A stretch of 60,862 bases of DNA, the filler included, from Jimgerdemannia flammicorona (taxonomy: Eukaryota): NCBI GenBank assembly GCA_003990765.1. It is 3 parts of 3 records of this genome, joined end to end, with 100 filler letters (N's around TTAATTAATTAA, not from the genome) between each part and the next. Parts side by side here need not be neighbours in the genome. Positions count along the whole stretch, not along the records: positions 20,326 to 40,544 come from RBNJ01001733.1; positions 40,645 to 60,862 come from RBNJ01001734.1; 1 more part is not named here. One strand, given 5' to 3'. The position numbers and the translations under genes are program-made. The notes under the pieces were generated by a model. That model searched no databases, had not been told where the DNA came from, and saw only the letters and a list, made by a program, of their open reading frames with translations. Positions 28,501 to 41,008 of the stretch are shown here, piece after piece (positions within the stretch are counted from its first letter, which is position 1; each line of letters starts with the position of its first letter).

Positions 28501-30800
28501 CCAGACTGCTTCTTGTCTTGAGGATCCTGATATGATCCTTTGGGATAGTCATCTCTAGTCCAGTTGTGAGTAGGGTGGTTGTCTGGGGTTCCAGTACAGC
28601 TTCTTCTACTATGGCAATGTCCATTCTGGCTGCATTTTCCGACTTGTATTCTGGCAAGACTGCATCAATCAGAGTAGGTCCTTCGAATCTTGACATTAAT
28701 TTCTTCTTCATCATCACTATCCTCTAGGAGGGCTGGTGGTTCATCATCTTCCTCCTCCTTCTCTTCTTTAATCTGTTTTTTGAGAGCTTTCTGTCTTCTT
28801 TCCTGGGGGCCTTCTTGATTCTGATGGTGCACTGGTAGTAATTATTGATATACTCCATACAGTACATCTTGATCCCATGAGGACAGACTCCTTATGGTGC
28901 ATAGCCTTCTGCAATCTTCTTATACCATTTTTCTTCACTCATCCATCCAACTTTCTTCTTCAGAGTAATCACCATATAAGCTTCCTCTTGCTCACTCTCT
29001 TCTTCCTCCATGTCAGGCAAGACTCCTTTGTTGATATTGATGAAAATTCATATCTTCTGTCCCCAGTAGGTAATTTGCATCTTCTGAGTATTGAGATTGA
29101 TTACTGCCCTGGCTTTGTGAAGCCATTGATTGCTGATGAGGATGTCATAGTTGGTGGCATTGGTTATGATTATATCTACTGGGATAGTTGCTCCTCCAAT
29201 CTTGATGGAGATATCTCAGATCTTTCCCAGAGGGGTGGCTCTTGTGCTGTCTGCTATAACAAACACCAACCTGGTTACTTCTTCAATCTCCCAACCTAGG
29301 TGGTCTGCTGCTTTCTTGCTGAGGAGACATTCTCCTGCTCCAGTATCAATGATGACTTCAAAGACTCTATCTTTGATTTGGTATGTTGCATAGGCAGAGG
29401 TTTTGCAATTGTCTTTACTTTCTTCTCCTAAGTCCTCTTGAACATTGTTGGCCTCAGTTATCTTCCATCCTTGTTCTTTGGTTGTTATGGTAAGTCTGAA
29501 CCTCATTTGCTGTCTGAATGTTAGAATTTCTGTGAGCTAACTGAAGGTTGCATTGACCTTTTATTGGCTAAGGTTCTTGAAGATATCATACTTGAAAGTC
29601 TTGGTCTTGCGAAGTTTCTTTTCTTTTTCTCCTTCACTGGCTAGAGTGGTTCCTCAGATAATATCTTAAACTGCTTGCTCCAGCTCCATATCTTGGTCTG
29701 TCTCTTTGACTTGGCTTTCTGTGGCAGTTTCCATCTACTTTTCTATTGGATTCTTCTTGGGTCTTCCTGGCAGTCTCTTGTAGGGTTCCTTGTGAACATC
29801 CTTCTTGGTAGTCTGAGCAGGATAGGCCTCACATTCTTTTCATCAGAATCTCCAATTTCTTCAAAAGTAATTGTATTGGCCTACTTCTTGTTTCATGCAG
29901 CATTGCTTGGTTGGGCCTTGTGCTTGGTTTTTCTCATACATTCATAGGAGTAGTGGCCTTCTTCTCCACAGGTATAGCAGGTACCTTTCTTCTTATCCGA
30001 GGTGGCAGCAAACTTCTGAACTGGGTGGCAGTTTCTTCCTTGGATTTTCTTTACCACATCTCCCAGGTGGGTGGTCATTTCAGCAAACCTCTTGACAAGT
30101 TCCTCCATAGGGTTGCTGTTCTTTTGCTGCTCTGTAGCTTTGGGCTGAGGTGTGTTTCAATTGATTATTATAGTAGAGATTACACTGGTTGCCTTGAGTG
30201 CTTCAATTCTGACTCCTGTGACTCTCTCCATTGTGTGGTCTTGTGGATGTCTGGCTATCCAGTATCACTGAGGATAGATAACCTTCTGTGGCAGATCCAG
30301 AATTACTGGTGATAAGCAGATAGCCATGGCTATTTTGGAGTAGACTCCTTTCATGAAGGTTGCTTTGGCTACTTGGTCTTGGATAGTATCAGCATAATCT
30401 GCAAGGATTATCTGGTATCAGATTCTTGTATAGAATGTGTTTGGATCTTCACTCATTCCTTGGCATATTGTATTGAGTTGATCCTTTAGAGCTTGCTTGA
30501 TCTCATCTGTATAGTAGGTAGTTTGAAGCCAGGTCTTCTGTACTGTCAGTGTAGCTTCAGCATCATTTCCTGTATGAGTTACAGATGTGAATGCTGCTCT
30601 TACAGGGTTTTGTAGGCTAAAGAGCATAAGGGCTACTTGCTGTGCTGCTGTCAGGGTCCTTACAGTGGCATACTGCTTGAAATTATCAATAAAGGTGATG
30701 ATTGATTCATCTGAGATATATCTGTAGAATACTGGTGGTCTCATATCCATCTTATCTAAGTATTGGGGCTTGGTTTGTATAGTTGTTCAGATAGTGGCAG
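25580..30800 (-). pseudogene. A2 gag-pol pseudogene
   Basis: CYTCGEEGHYSYEC; IIDTGAGECLLS; RT SPWSSPVVL..RLCVDYSKLN and YVDNIII; RNase H KLEYLAVIWAVETFHYYL..MDHSAL; integrase GHLGG..CDKCQ..AMDVI; many stops from C-to-T changes. Confidence 0.92.
28280..28710 (-). pseudogene. dUTPase domain of A2 (between protease and RT)
   Basis: Motifs 1-5: AARMDI, TRSSLA, EGEVIDSDYTGEI, LAQMLI, RGKKEFRST. Confidence 0.88.
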
Positions 30801-30864
30801 TTGTTTATTGTTCAGCTTGAAAGTGAGGGATTTGTCTTGAATCATCAGTCAATGGGCACCAAGT

Positions 30865-31330
30865 TGTAATGTAGCAGATGCTTACTCTTAAAAGTACATC
30901 AGATTTCTGTATCTTGAATACTTGATTTTTTTGACTCCTCAGAGTTCTTGGGATGCAGGGGTGGGTGAGTTCGAAGTGTATCTGCTCACAGGCTTACTAG
31001 TTCCTTTACTATCTCTTTGCTTTTAAACTCTTTCGATCTGAGGTTTATTCACTCTAAGATACTGGATTATTTATACAAGTCTTGCTAGCTATAAGGTGGC
31101 TAAGTAATGGCTCATTCTGCAAGTATTGAATCGTTTAACATCTGCTAAGATTTCACTGATTACAAAGATTCTAATATCTCCTAAATCTTTGCAAATGTTA
31201 AAGTTTCTGTACTTTGTGGAATATGGCTACTATTTTATGAGACTAAGCTATATTGGGAATCAGATTCAGGTACCATGATCAAATGTCTAATTCCCCTGTT
31301 TCATGTTACTAATTTGGATAAGCTGTTACA
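30865..31330 (-). repeat. 5' LTR of A2
   Basis: TGTAAC...ATTACA termini; followed by the PBS-like sequence. Confidence 0.92.
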
Positions 31331-31901
31331 ATAGCTATATTTTGGTTCACTTATAAATAATGATCAAGATATTGGTAATTTACATTGGGAAAACTTTAGA
31401 CCATTTTGTTAGATATTCTATAAATACTAAGATATAATTATTTCTTTTAGTATAACTGGCCAGTGTCTGATAATGTCTATTTCTTATCTTTAGAAGATAT
31501 AGACTAGTGGTATAATTGATTGTATTAGTACCTGATAGTTCTTCTTTTCTTAATACTTCTGATAGGTATTTATTTCTTGAGTATATATCTAACTTATATT
31601 CAGAGGTTAGATAAGTATTAGTATATTATTCTTAGCTTTTATTCTATATTTGTCTGTCCTTAGTGGGCCTTCTGGTGTTCTTATCAGATAAGGTCTTCTT
31701 GTACTTTGATAGCTATGAGAACTTCTTTTAGAGTTTAGTACTAGGGTAAACTCTTCTTCTAATTTATTAGAGTTGGTATGAAAGTATGTCAATATTGTTG
31801 TAGAATTTCTCTGCTTTGCAGATAATAGTCCTATAGGATCAGAATCCAGTAGATAAGAATTTCAATTAGTTCATTATAGTTAAATAGTCATTTGAGAGTA
31901 G

Positions 31902-33226
31902 TGTAATGTACTTGGCTCAATGGAGGCAAATTATAAGGTTAGGGGTTAATGTAGTTTGGCTTAAGCCCCTAGTTACTTTGTTAAAAGCAACAAAATGTTC
32001 TTAGTATTTAGTGGTATAATAGTCAAAACGGAATATCTGTGAGTATTTTCCTTATTGGGATGGTTCTCTGGATGCAGCAGCAATTTGTGTGTAAATGGAT
32101 TTCCTTCTTGGGAAAACTGAGAATTGGTGGAATTTATATGTAGCATGATAATCTCTGTATGGCATGGTAGATTCCTTATGTAATTTCTGGGTGACAATCT
32201 TGTGTAGTATGATGAGTTCCTTATATGTGATTATCTGGCAATTTGGCAGTTCTTCTTATACAGTTTCTGCATGACAATCTTGGTAGACTTCTTTATGCAG
32301 ATTTGGCAGATAACTTGATTTGGTGCAGATTTACTGAAGCAGCAGCTTACTGAGAATTATACTGGTGGCAGATAACTCAATAACTCAGGTTCACTGGGAA
32401 CAATGAATAACTTGAATAACTCAGATTTCATGGACTTCTTCTGAATTGACAGGGTTCTAGAATAATAACTCAGGTGGTACAGGTTCTCTTGAAATGCAGA
32501 TAACTTGAAAACAGCAGATGATATGAATTCTCCTAAGTCAGCAGGCTTCTGGGAAATAACTCAGATAGCACGAATCCTTCCTGAATTGGTGGCTTCAACT
32601 GGGAAACATGCTGGCAGCTTCTTAGAAAGGGTCTTTTGGCAAAGTTGCATCAAAGACTGGCTTCATTTGTACAAACAGATCACTGTGAAGTTGTATTAGA
32701 AACTGGCTTGAGCAAGGCAGCTTTCTCTTAGGTGGTAGAAACTTGGGTTCTTCAGGCTTATCTGGCAAGTATACTAATAACAATAATTCCAAAGGTAGCG
32801 AAGTTCTTTCTCAGACTTGGTGGCAAAATCTTCAAGCTTTGTATCAGAAAGTAGACCAGGGTGAGAATAAGGGAACCAATGCTCAATCTTTAGAGACTTC
32901 TTTGGTTTGCACTTCAATTTGGACTGAGGTTTATTCACTCTTATCTCTGGGGTAATTTATATAGTTGTGGTTGCTATGGGTTACTATGTTGCTAACTATA
33001 GATTGCTAACTATGGCAAGTATTCCTTGAGAGTACAGTATACCTTGAGGGTATAGTATACCTTGAGGGTATAGTATACCTTGAGGGTATAGGTAAACATA
33101 CTGTTTCTGGTATCTCTGGCTAAATATATAGATTGGTGCAGTAAAGCAGTCTTGGTTGCTTAGTGCACTAGATATAGTATGTGGCTAATTTATGATTTCA
33201 GCAGTACAATTCTGTTGCTTATTATA
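31902..33226 (-). mobile_element. Solo LTR family D (D2) inserted in pol of E; TSD GTAG/GTGG
   Basis: Reverse-complement homolog of D1 along its length; flanks differ by one transition. Confidence 0.8.
33024..33091 (+). repeat. 18-bp tandem repeat x~4 in the U3 region of D2
   Basis: (ccttgagggtatagtata)n. Confidence 0.88.
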
Positions 33227-34889
33227 GTGGTACAATCAGTTATCAGAGTGAATTTTTTCTAATAAAGTAGGGCTTAAACAGAGTGACTGTCCATATGACT
33301 ACAAGATATTTCAATTTGATGATATCATAGTTAGCTTACAGATTGTTGGTAGCTCTTCTTGCATAAGCTATCATATAGTACTACAAATCAGATTCTTCTT
33401 AAACTAAAACTACTCTGAGACTATTTTTAGAAATATCTTTATATAAATGAATAGCTTCTGTAGACTGAGTTGTATAAGAACTGATACTGTAGTTATATAA
33501 TATTTGAGTTCTTTGAAGGCTAGTTCTTAAAACTTCTTTTATTTATATAATACTTCTTTCTGAGAAAGATTTAAATTAGTATATCAATTTGGATACAATT
33601 CTTAAAATCTTTGATAGTAAGATACTAGCATTAAGAAGGATAGTACTTCTTTTAGAGTTTTAGATACTGGCCAGTTATTGATCTTCTCAGTTTTTTTTAG
33701 ATCTATATGAGTTTCTCCTTCAGAGACTACAAATCTAAGAATTTTAAGGTTCTATTTTTTAAAGTAGTATTTCTTAATATTGAGTCTCAGATTGTTATTT
33801 TAAGTAAGATGGCAGAACTATTTAGATATTGTAAATATTTTCCAAAGTTGGCTGAATAAATGTTGGAGCCATCTATATAGACAATCAGACAAGCAGAATA
33901 TGAATTAAGTTCATTATCTTTTAGAAGTTTAGGAATATATTGCAGAGTTTAAAGAGTAGTTGAAAATATTCAAATAGTTTTTCTAGAGCAAGAAACACTG
34001 TCTTTTGAATGTCATTAGGGTCTATAGAGATCTTATAGAATTCTATAAAAAGATCTATACTACTAAAGTATTTCACATTCTGTAATTAGTCTAGGTAATT
34101 ATCAATTTAGAGCAGAAGATATATAGATAATCTTATCTATTATTGAGTTGAGTTTTCTATAATCTACACAGAGTCTCCATTCTTCTTTCTTGGGTAAAAT
34201 AAGTATGAGCTGATCCAGAGACTGAAAGAGGGTCAGATAACTCTATTATCCAAGAGTTCTTAAATAGATTCTTTCTCAAACATCTTTAGATAGTAAAATA
34301 TTCTATAAGGCTTCTGTTAGATGAGTGTTGCATTTTCTGTATTTATGCTATAGTAGTATAGTGGGTTATATGGTAGATTGCCATAGTTTATAGTAAAGAT
34401 ATTCTAATATTTATAAAAGAGTTCTACTAGTTGCTGCTGTTACTGAGGTATCAGTTTTTCTCCAATGTTAGTGAATGGCTTCACTTTCTCCTGAGTCACA
34501 GAGAGGTCTTTTCTTTTTTCTGAGACCTTTGGCCATTTCTCAATAGATTCAGTTCATAGACTTCTCTGTGTATCTGATAGAGATAGAGCACCAGATGGTC
34601 TATAATAGTTCCTTTTGGTAGAATGAGGCTGTCCTAGCTCCAATTGATTGCTCAAGAATGTATAGGGTTTATCTTATTGAAAAATATGTATCCTTCTATA
34701 TCAAGGTTTCTGAGATCTTCATTTGATTTGAAGAAGAGGTTTCTGGAATCTAGTATTATGAAGATTTTGAAGATGGTCTGTTCTCTTAATTCTAAGATGA
34801 GATTCTTGAAGAGTTTGACTGGTTGGCAGTATACTTATTAAAGTACATTCTTTTTGAAGTGATTGACTTAATGAAGATATATCTCCTTT

Positions 34890-35245
34890 TTGTCAAAGTA
34901 TCTAAATCCTTTAGTCATTCTTATATCTTATATCAATTTAGGAACTTCTGAAGTTAGAGTGTCTTACTCTTTATAAAGACAGCTTGGAAAATTTTCTCTC
35001 CTCTATAGATTTAGATCTATTCAGTACTACTATTCTTCAGAATGACCTGGATTTTACCTATATATCTGGGGTCTATTGTTTCTCCTTCTATAGTGACTTC
35101 TTATATTACACGTCCAGATCTTGAGGTCAGTTGAATGTAAGTTCCTTTGGGTGACTACATGGGAAGTCTTGTACTTAGAATTACTATACTTTCAGAACTG
35201 GTAGTTTTATCTCAGAAACTGCAAAGATTATAGTCTATATTTTCC
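34890..35245 (-). pseudogene. dUTPase domain of element E
   Basis: DYNLCS; PKGTYIQLTSRSG; TIEGETIDPRYIGKIQVILKN; RGEKIFQAVF; RMTKGF. Confidence 0.8.
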
Positions 35246-37610
35246 TTATAGACTTTATTTAGAATTCTAGTATCAGAGTATAGCAAGATATACTGTATTA
35301 TTTCTTTACTAAGTATAAGTTGTCCTTGGACTATGGCTCCTGTAGTTGTAAGTCTCTATACTTGATATTATAATATAGCTATCTGACTCTAGTAGAGATA
35401 TCTCAGAGATAATTAATTTCTCTCTTTTCAGAAAGATCTAGGGCTTTAATAACATTGATGGCATTCTTCATCTACCTCTGATAAGTTGTATGTCTAATTA
35501 GAGTTAGGATATCATCTCTCAGATTATAGATCTTGAAGATCTTTTTTGTAGGTTTCTTGGCTTAGTTTTTTAAATCCTGGCTCTGCCAACTCCTCTCTTA
35601 AGTATATACTTTGTTATCTTAGCTGAGGTATATCTTATCATACTAGTAGGTTTAGCAGCTTGGGTTTTTTCCATAGTAATAGTATCCTATTGCTTAGAAA
35701 TACTGTTTTTAGTTATCAATTTCTTACTATCTTAGAAATCAGTAACTCTCTCTATCCTAGGTAGAGAGAAGGATAGCTAAGAGCTATTCTTCTATATAGA
35801 TGAAGTGATCTCTTCTATAGAATCATTTTATCAATATTATGATTATTTCTTAAAATATAATTATCTATATAATATTACTAGAGATACTGATTCATAGTTT
35901 CTTTATCTTTCTTATAAATCCTATAGATAGCACTAATAGCAATAGTCTTGGGAGAAATAGAAGACCATTTGAAGCTGATATCTTCTTAGCTAAAAGACTC
36001 TTTTCAGGTTCATTTCTTTTTTGAAACAATAGTGACTATACTTGATCTTTCTTCAGTATTTCAGAGATTATTATCTTCTGATAATATATATTTAGTAAGA
36101 ATCATCTTAAGAGATTAGCTCAGAAAGTCTTCTGGTTTAAGAACTTCTTCATTAGTTATTTTTTGTCTCCAGATTGCTTTTACTTCTACTGCTTCAGTTA
36201 TAGGTATCTTTAGTGAGTAATTGCATTTCTTCTTCCTTCTTCTATATTTTGAGCATTCTGAACTAGGAGAGGTTTTTGTGCTGATGATCTTAGAGAAGTG
36301 TTTAGAGTATTTATATCTTTTAAGAAAAGTGGAGCATTCTTTAGATTGTCCAGCAATGGCTCTAATTATAATAGAGATAGTATCTTATATCCATATATTA
36401 TCTTCTGATCTGTTATCTATTATATTGTTTTGCAGATAAAGTCTAGAGTTATTTTTATCTTCAGGTTCTTCCTCTTCCTTTATAGTTAATTCTTCACTAC
36501 TCACATATTCTTCTTAGATGATAACTTTTTACTTCTTTTTAGATTACTTAGAGCTATTTATCTTGATTTGGTACACTTTTTCTCTAGAGTTGAATTTGAG
36601 CACCTATTGATTATTATTATTGACTATATTCATTTCTTTCATCTAGTTGATATCAAGATTATTTATAAGTAATAGCTTTAGTAACAACAGTCTTTAGAAT
36701 AGAGAACTGGATGTATCTGAGAATAATAGTGATATTTTGCACTTCTCCTAAGGGTTGAGTTTGAGCTCTATCTGCTACTCTGATATTGAGGTTAGATATT
36801 CTATCAATGAGTTACTGAAGGAGTTCTATGAATCTTTTAATAATAATATAGATAGCTGCTCCTATATCAAAAAGGATTTTTACCTTCTTTTCTTTAATAT
36901 CTCTATGTAGGTATATATTGATATTTATATCTCTTAGTAGTTTAGATGATAATAGTTGATATAGGTTCTTATTGTAGAATTGAGACTCAGCCAGTACTAG
37001 ATCTAGTAGTTCTCAGTAGTATATTTCAAACTCCAGCAGCTATAAATTGTAAAATTACAAAAGAGGAACTTCTATCTTAGCTTTTGAATCTTTTTTTAGA
37101 CTTTATTGTAGATGTCTTAAGATATAGTCTTCAAAGTATACTTTTCTTAATTTTTGAGATTATTGACTCTTGTCTTTCTTGCTCCATCTCTTTAACTTCA
37201 GGTAAAGATATCTTTTATAAGCTGTAGTTTTAGAGATAAATGGTGAAGAAGATTGGAGAGGTATTTAGATCTGCTCTTTCTTATCTTCTCTATCTTCTTT
37301 CCAAATAGTTCTTCTGCCAACTATTCTAGATAGCCATCCTACTGGTCTTTTTCTTTATTCAATAGAGTAGACTTTTTTCTTAGAGAAAATCTTGATCAGA
37401 TATAGGTCTAAATTACTGTAGTTTTTACTATTAGTTTCTTCAAAGTCTTCTACAGAGTAGGTATCAGTCTTCTTATACTGAGTTACATTCTTTTAATTTT
37501 GTGGTTCTGAGTATCTTTGGTTACTTATTCCATTATTATATTCTGTAGTATAGTATCTGAACTATCTACAGTAGAAGTATTAAACTTGTGCTCTATCTTG
37601 GAATAGATAT

Positions 37611-37710
37611 TGTAACATGCCTGGCTCAATACAGATAAATTAAAAGGTTGAGAGTTGGTATAGTTTGGCTTGAGCCCCCAGTTACTTTGTCAAAATGTAA
37701 TAAAATATTC
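37611..37710 (-). mobile_element. Terminal 100 bp of a family D LTR (D3), inserted in gag of E and truncated at LINE C3
   Basis: tgtaacatgcctggctcaat..tttggcttgagcccccagttactttg matches 31902-32000. Confidence 0.8.
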
Positions 37711-40544
37711 TCTCTCTGGAGGCAGGAGGGTTTGTCTGTGGGTGTCCATTGGATGAGATTGAAGGAGGCTGTGAGGGTCTACTGGGGAGGAGCTGGTAGA
37801 GAGGCTGGGAGACGGAGGAGGAGGCAAGTACAGTGTGCCTCAAATAGGCTGAGAAGATTGCAGTTGGAGTGGGCTGATTTGCTTACATTCAATGAGATGG
37901 AGGATTGGAGGTTAGAGAGGGCGAAATTGGAGGTAGTAGAACTGCAATGGGTGTCAATGGAGGAGGAGGAGACTCTTATGTGAGGAATGGCTGCTAGGCT
38001 CCAGTGGCAGGGACTTGAGGAGAGAGAGCAGCCTACTAGGTACTTGTCTAGGCTCCTGAAGGCCAGGAGGGTGAGGTATTGGTGGGATGGGGTCTTTGAT
38101 GCTGAGGGAGAGTTGGTGTATGGCACACAGCAGATCCTGGGGGTATTGAAGGAGAAATGGCAGGGTCTGTGGAGTGAGGAAGAAGGGGGTGCTGATGCAG
38201 AGGCAATTGACAACATGCTGGAGAAGTGGAAGCCACCACAGGTAGAGGGACTGGGTGATTTGATCTTACCAGTCCAGGAGGAGGAGATTCAAGGAGTCCT
38301 GGTGGCAACTAAGCTTGGGATAGCACCAGGGGAGGATGGATTACTGTGGGACTTCTGGAAGAAGATGGCAAAAGTTCCTGGAGTACTGGGAGAGTTGGCT
38401 GCCCTCTGTGACCATGTTATTCTAAATGGCATGTGGGTTGGAGAGCAGGACTTAGAGCTGGTGGCCCTTTTGTACAAAGACAAGGGCAGGCACAAGGATT
38501 GGAAGAACTGGGGGCCAATCATGCTTCTGGATATGGACCGGAAGTTGGTGACTAAGGTGATTGTTGTGAGGCTACAGAAGGTTGCTCAACAGGTGTTGGG
38601 TGAGGAGCAGCAGAGCTTTGTAGGAGGTAGACCTATCAGAGATGGGACTGCCTGAGTGCATGGCATTATTGAAGGAGCCAGAGCCTGTGGACTGGATGGT
38701 AGACTGGTCTTTTTGGACCAGAAGAAGGCCTATGACTGTGTTCAGTGGGTTTGGCTGGGCAAGGTGCTGGACAGAATTGGTGTTCCACCATAGTTTCAGG
38801 CTTCTATGTTGAGTTTGTTGGAGGGGAGTAGAGTGGTGCTAATGTGTAATGGTCACAGGTGTTTGGCATTTCCCTTAGGGAGAGGAGTCCCTCAAGGAGA
38901 CCTGCTGTCTCCTATTATTTATGCCCTCTCCCTAGAATCTTTGATGGACAGGATCCATAGGAAGATGACTGGACTCTCTGTGTATGGTGTGGAGTGGAAG
39001 GTGGGGGCCTTTGCAGATGATATGGTAGTTGGACTTGGGTCAGTTGCAGATGTCGAGACTCTTCAGGAAATAGTGGAATAGTATGAGGCATACTCTGGAG
39101 CTAAGCTCAACTGGCATAAGTGTGAGATGATGGTGTTGGGGAATGGGCTCATGAGAGGGGACATCATCGGAACAATTGTCCCCACAGGAGAGGTGGTGCA
39201 GTATCTAGGTATCTTCCTTTCTGTATATGGATCAGTACTGCCACAAGTATGGTGGGAGAGGAGGGTGGTCATTTGGGGGGAGGCTCTAAAAGGTTGGGGG
39301 GGTCATCACATCTCCCTGGTAGGGTGGGTGATGATTCTGAATGGTTACTGGTTCCCCAAGCTGTAGTATGTAGCATATCACTTAGACTTTCCAGCTTGGA
39401 TGGTGAAGAGGCTGACGAAACTGGCTAGGGGTTGGATTTGGGCAGGTAAAAGGGCCCAGATCAGTTGGGATACCCTTGTAGAGCCAGTACTTAGGGGAGG
39501 CCTGGGCCTTGTTGATTTCCCTAAGTGATTACACTACCTGTGAGCTTGATGGTTGAGAAGAGCTGTTGATCTACAGGGTGGAGGCTGGGTACTGCTGATA
39601 CAGAAGGTGTGGGAGATGAGATTTTCCCCCCGGGGGTCCTTAGGGGATCTACTCTCTTTGGTGGGTCTGAATGGGAGCTGACGGATATGGTATAAGGGCT
39701 TCTGGTGGGGTGTGGTAGATGGAGCACACCAGATAGGCCTGCACTGGTATGGCAATGAGGGAGAGGTGGTATGGGGCCCAGCTATGTGGCAATGCGACTA
39801 TCTGCTTCTAGGGAGAGTTCCACTTACTGAGTTTGATATTGGGAATAGAGTGGAGTGTCAGCAGAGAATTGGCCAGGATCTTTGGCTGAGGAGTTGGCAG
39901 GCAGTGCAGATTGGTGAGGAGTGGAACTGGGCAGGGATTTGGTCTTGGGGTGCAGAGGTGCAGTGGTGGCTTCCTCCCAAGTTCTGGGTAGTGTGGTGGT
40001 AGATGCTGCGGAGGAATGTTATGTTGAATTTCTGGGCTGGGCATCTGGTGGATGGTGGTTGGCTGGATTGTGAGAGTGATATAATGTAGGGCAAGCTGGT
40101 GGATTTGTACAGATACTGGATCATTGGCTGGGCGAGTGTGAGGTTCTGGGGGACTTTTGGATAGCTATAGGGGACTGACTAGGGGTTGAAAGAAGACCAG
40201 ATGGACAGAGGGGTCAATGGGAAGATTTGGAATCTAGACTTGTGGGAGGTGTCAGCAATAGGTTGCTTACTGTAGGGTGGGTTATCGCAGTGTGGGTGGG
40301 GTTGGCTGGACATTGGCTCTTTGTTTTTGAGGAGGGACGACAGATAGAGGATATGGGAGAAGTTGCCGAGGTGGGAGGAGTTGGTGGAGGATCTGCTGAC
40401 TGGGTGGTGGATTGGATTGGGACCCCAAGGTGGGTGTCATTGCCATCTGGTGGTCAGGATCTGTGAACAGAGTGGTGGGTGGGTGGAGGTAGTGTTTGAT
40501 AGAGTAGTATTTCATCAAGAAGGGGTAGAGGGGGGGATAGAGAG
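37711..40544 (+). mobile_element. LINE piece C3: RT and C-terminal part of ORF2, running into the gap
   Basis: APGEDGL, NWGPIMLLDMDRKLVTK, GVPQGDLLSP, AFADDMVV, YLGI. Confidence 0.92.
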
Positions 40545-40644
40545 NNNNNNNNNNNNNNNNNNNNNNNNNNNNNNNNNNNNNNNNNNNNTTAATTAATTAA
40601 NNNNNNNNNNNNNNNNNNNNNNNNNNNNNNNNNNNNNNNNNNNN
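40545..40644. other. Scaffold gap containing the artificial linker TTAATTAATTAA (40589-40600)
   Basis: 44 N + linker + 44 N. Confidence 0.95.
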
Positions 40645-41008
40645 TTCAGTTTGACTCAGCTTCATGATCAAGCAGGTGATTTCCAGATTTGTTCAGAGGT
40701 CGCGTGTGATTTCAGTGGCTTGTTCAGAGGGTGACATGTAATTTCGGTGGCTTGGAGGTTGTGCGCTTACAACTCTCCCCTTCTTAGCTTTTGATATTCT
40801 CATCGGAGCCTTCTAATTTTGTTCAGTGGTACAGAGACAATAGGCTTGCTTTCAGTTTTGCCATTTTTCCAGAGGATCAGTATTCTTGTCTTGGTTTGCT
40901 GAGTTCTTGATTTGGTTTGTGATAATTATACTTGTTCGGGAGGATAATATATAGTATGTTCAGATAGGTGTGGAGTATTTGGTTCTAGTTGTTCAAGGAA
41001 TCATATTC

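Larger units (their letters stand above)
24629..31330 (-). mobile_element. Full-length decayed Ty3/gypsy element A2 (6.7 kb), 4-bp TSD ATAG; order gag-PR-CPHG module-dUTPase-RT-RNaseH-IN-extra ORF
   Basis: Paired LTRs; PBS-like TGGTGCCCATTG after the 5' LTR; PPT AGAAGGAAGA before the 3' LTR; ATAG on both flanks; all pol motifs present. Confidence 0.95.
31385..37610 (-). mobile_element. Strongly decayed Ty3/gypsy element E (gag knuckle-PR-long insert-dUTPase-RT-RNaseH-IN), interrupted by D2 and D3
   Basis: Knuckle relic ~37540-37580; KILFDIGAAI ~36850-36885; RT WRLCVDYRKLNS ~34145-34180; integrase EIDII..NNYILVFIEYLTKW ~31400-31490. Confidence 0.8.

Noticed and set aside
21481..33230. Apparent shared target motif in TSDs (CTAT, ATAG, GTAG)
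   Set aside because: Only three sites, and TpA is the end product of the local mutation process (the GTAG/GTGG pair shows this).
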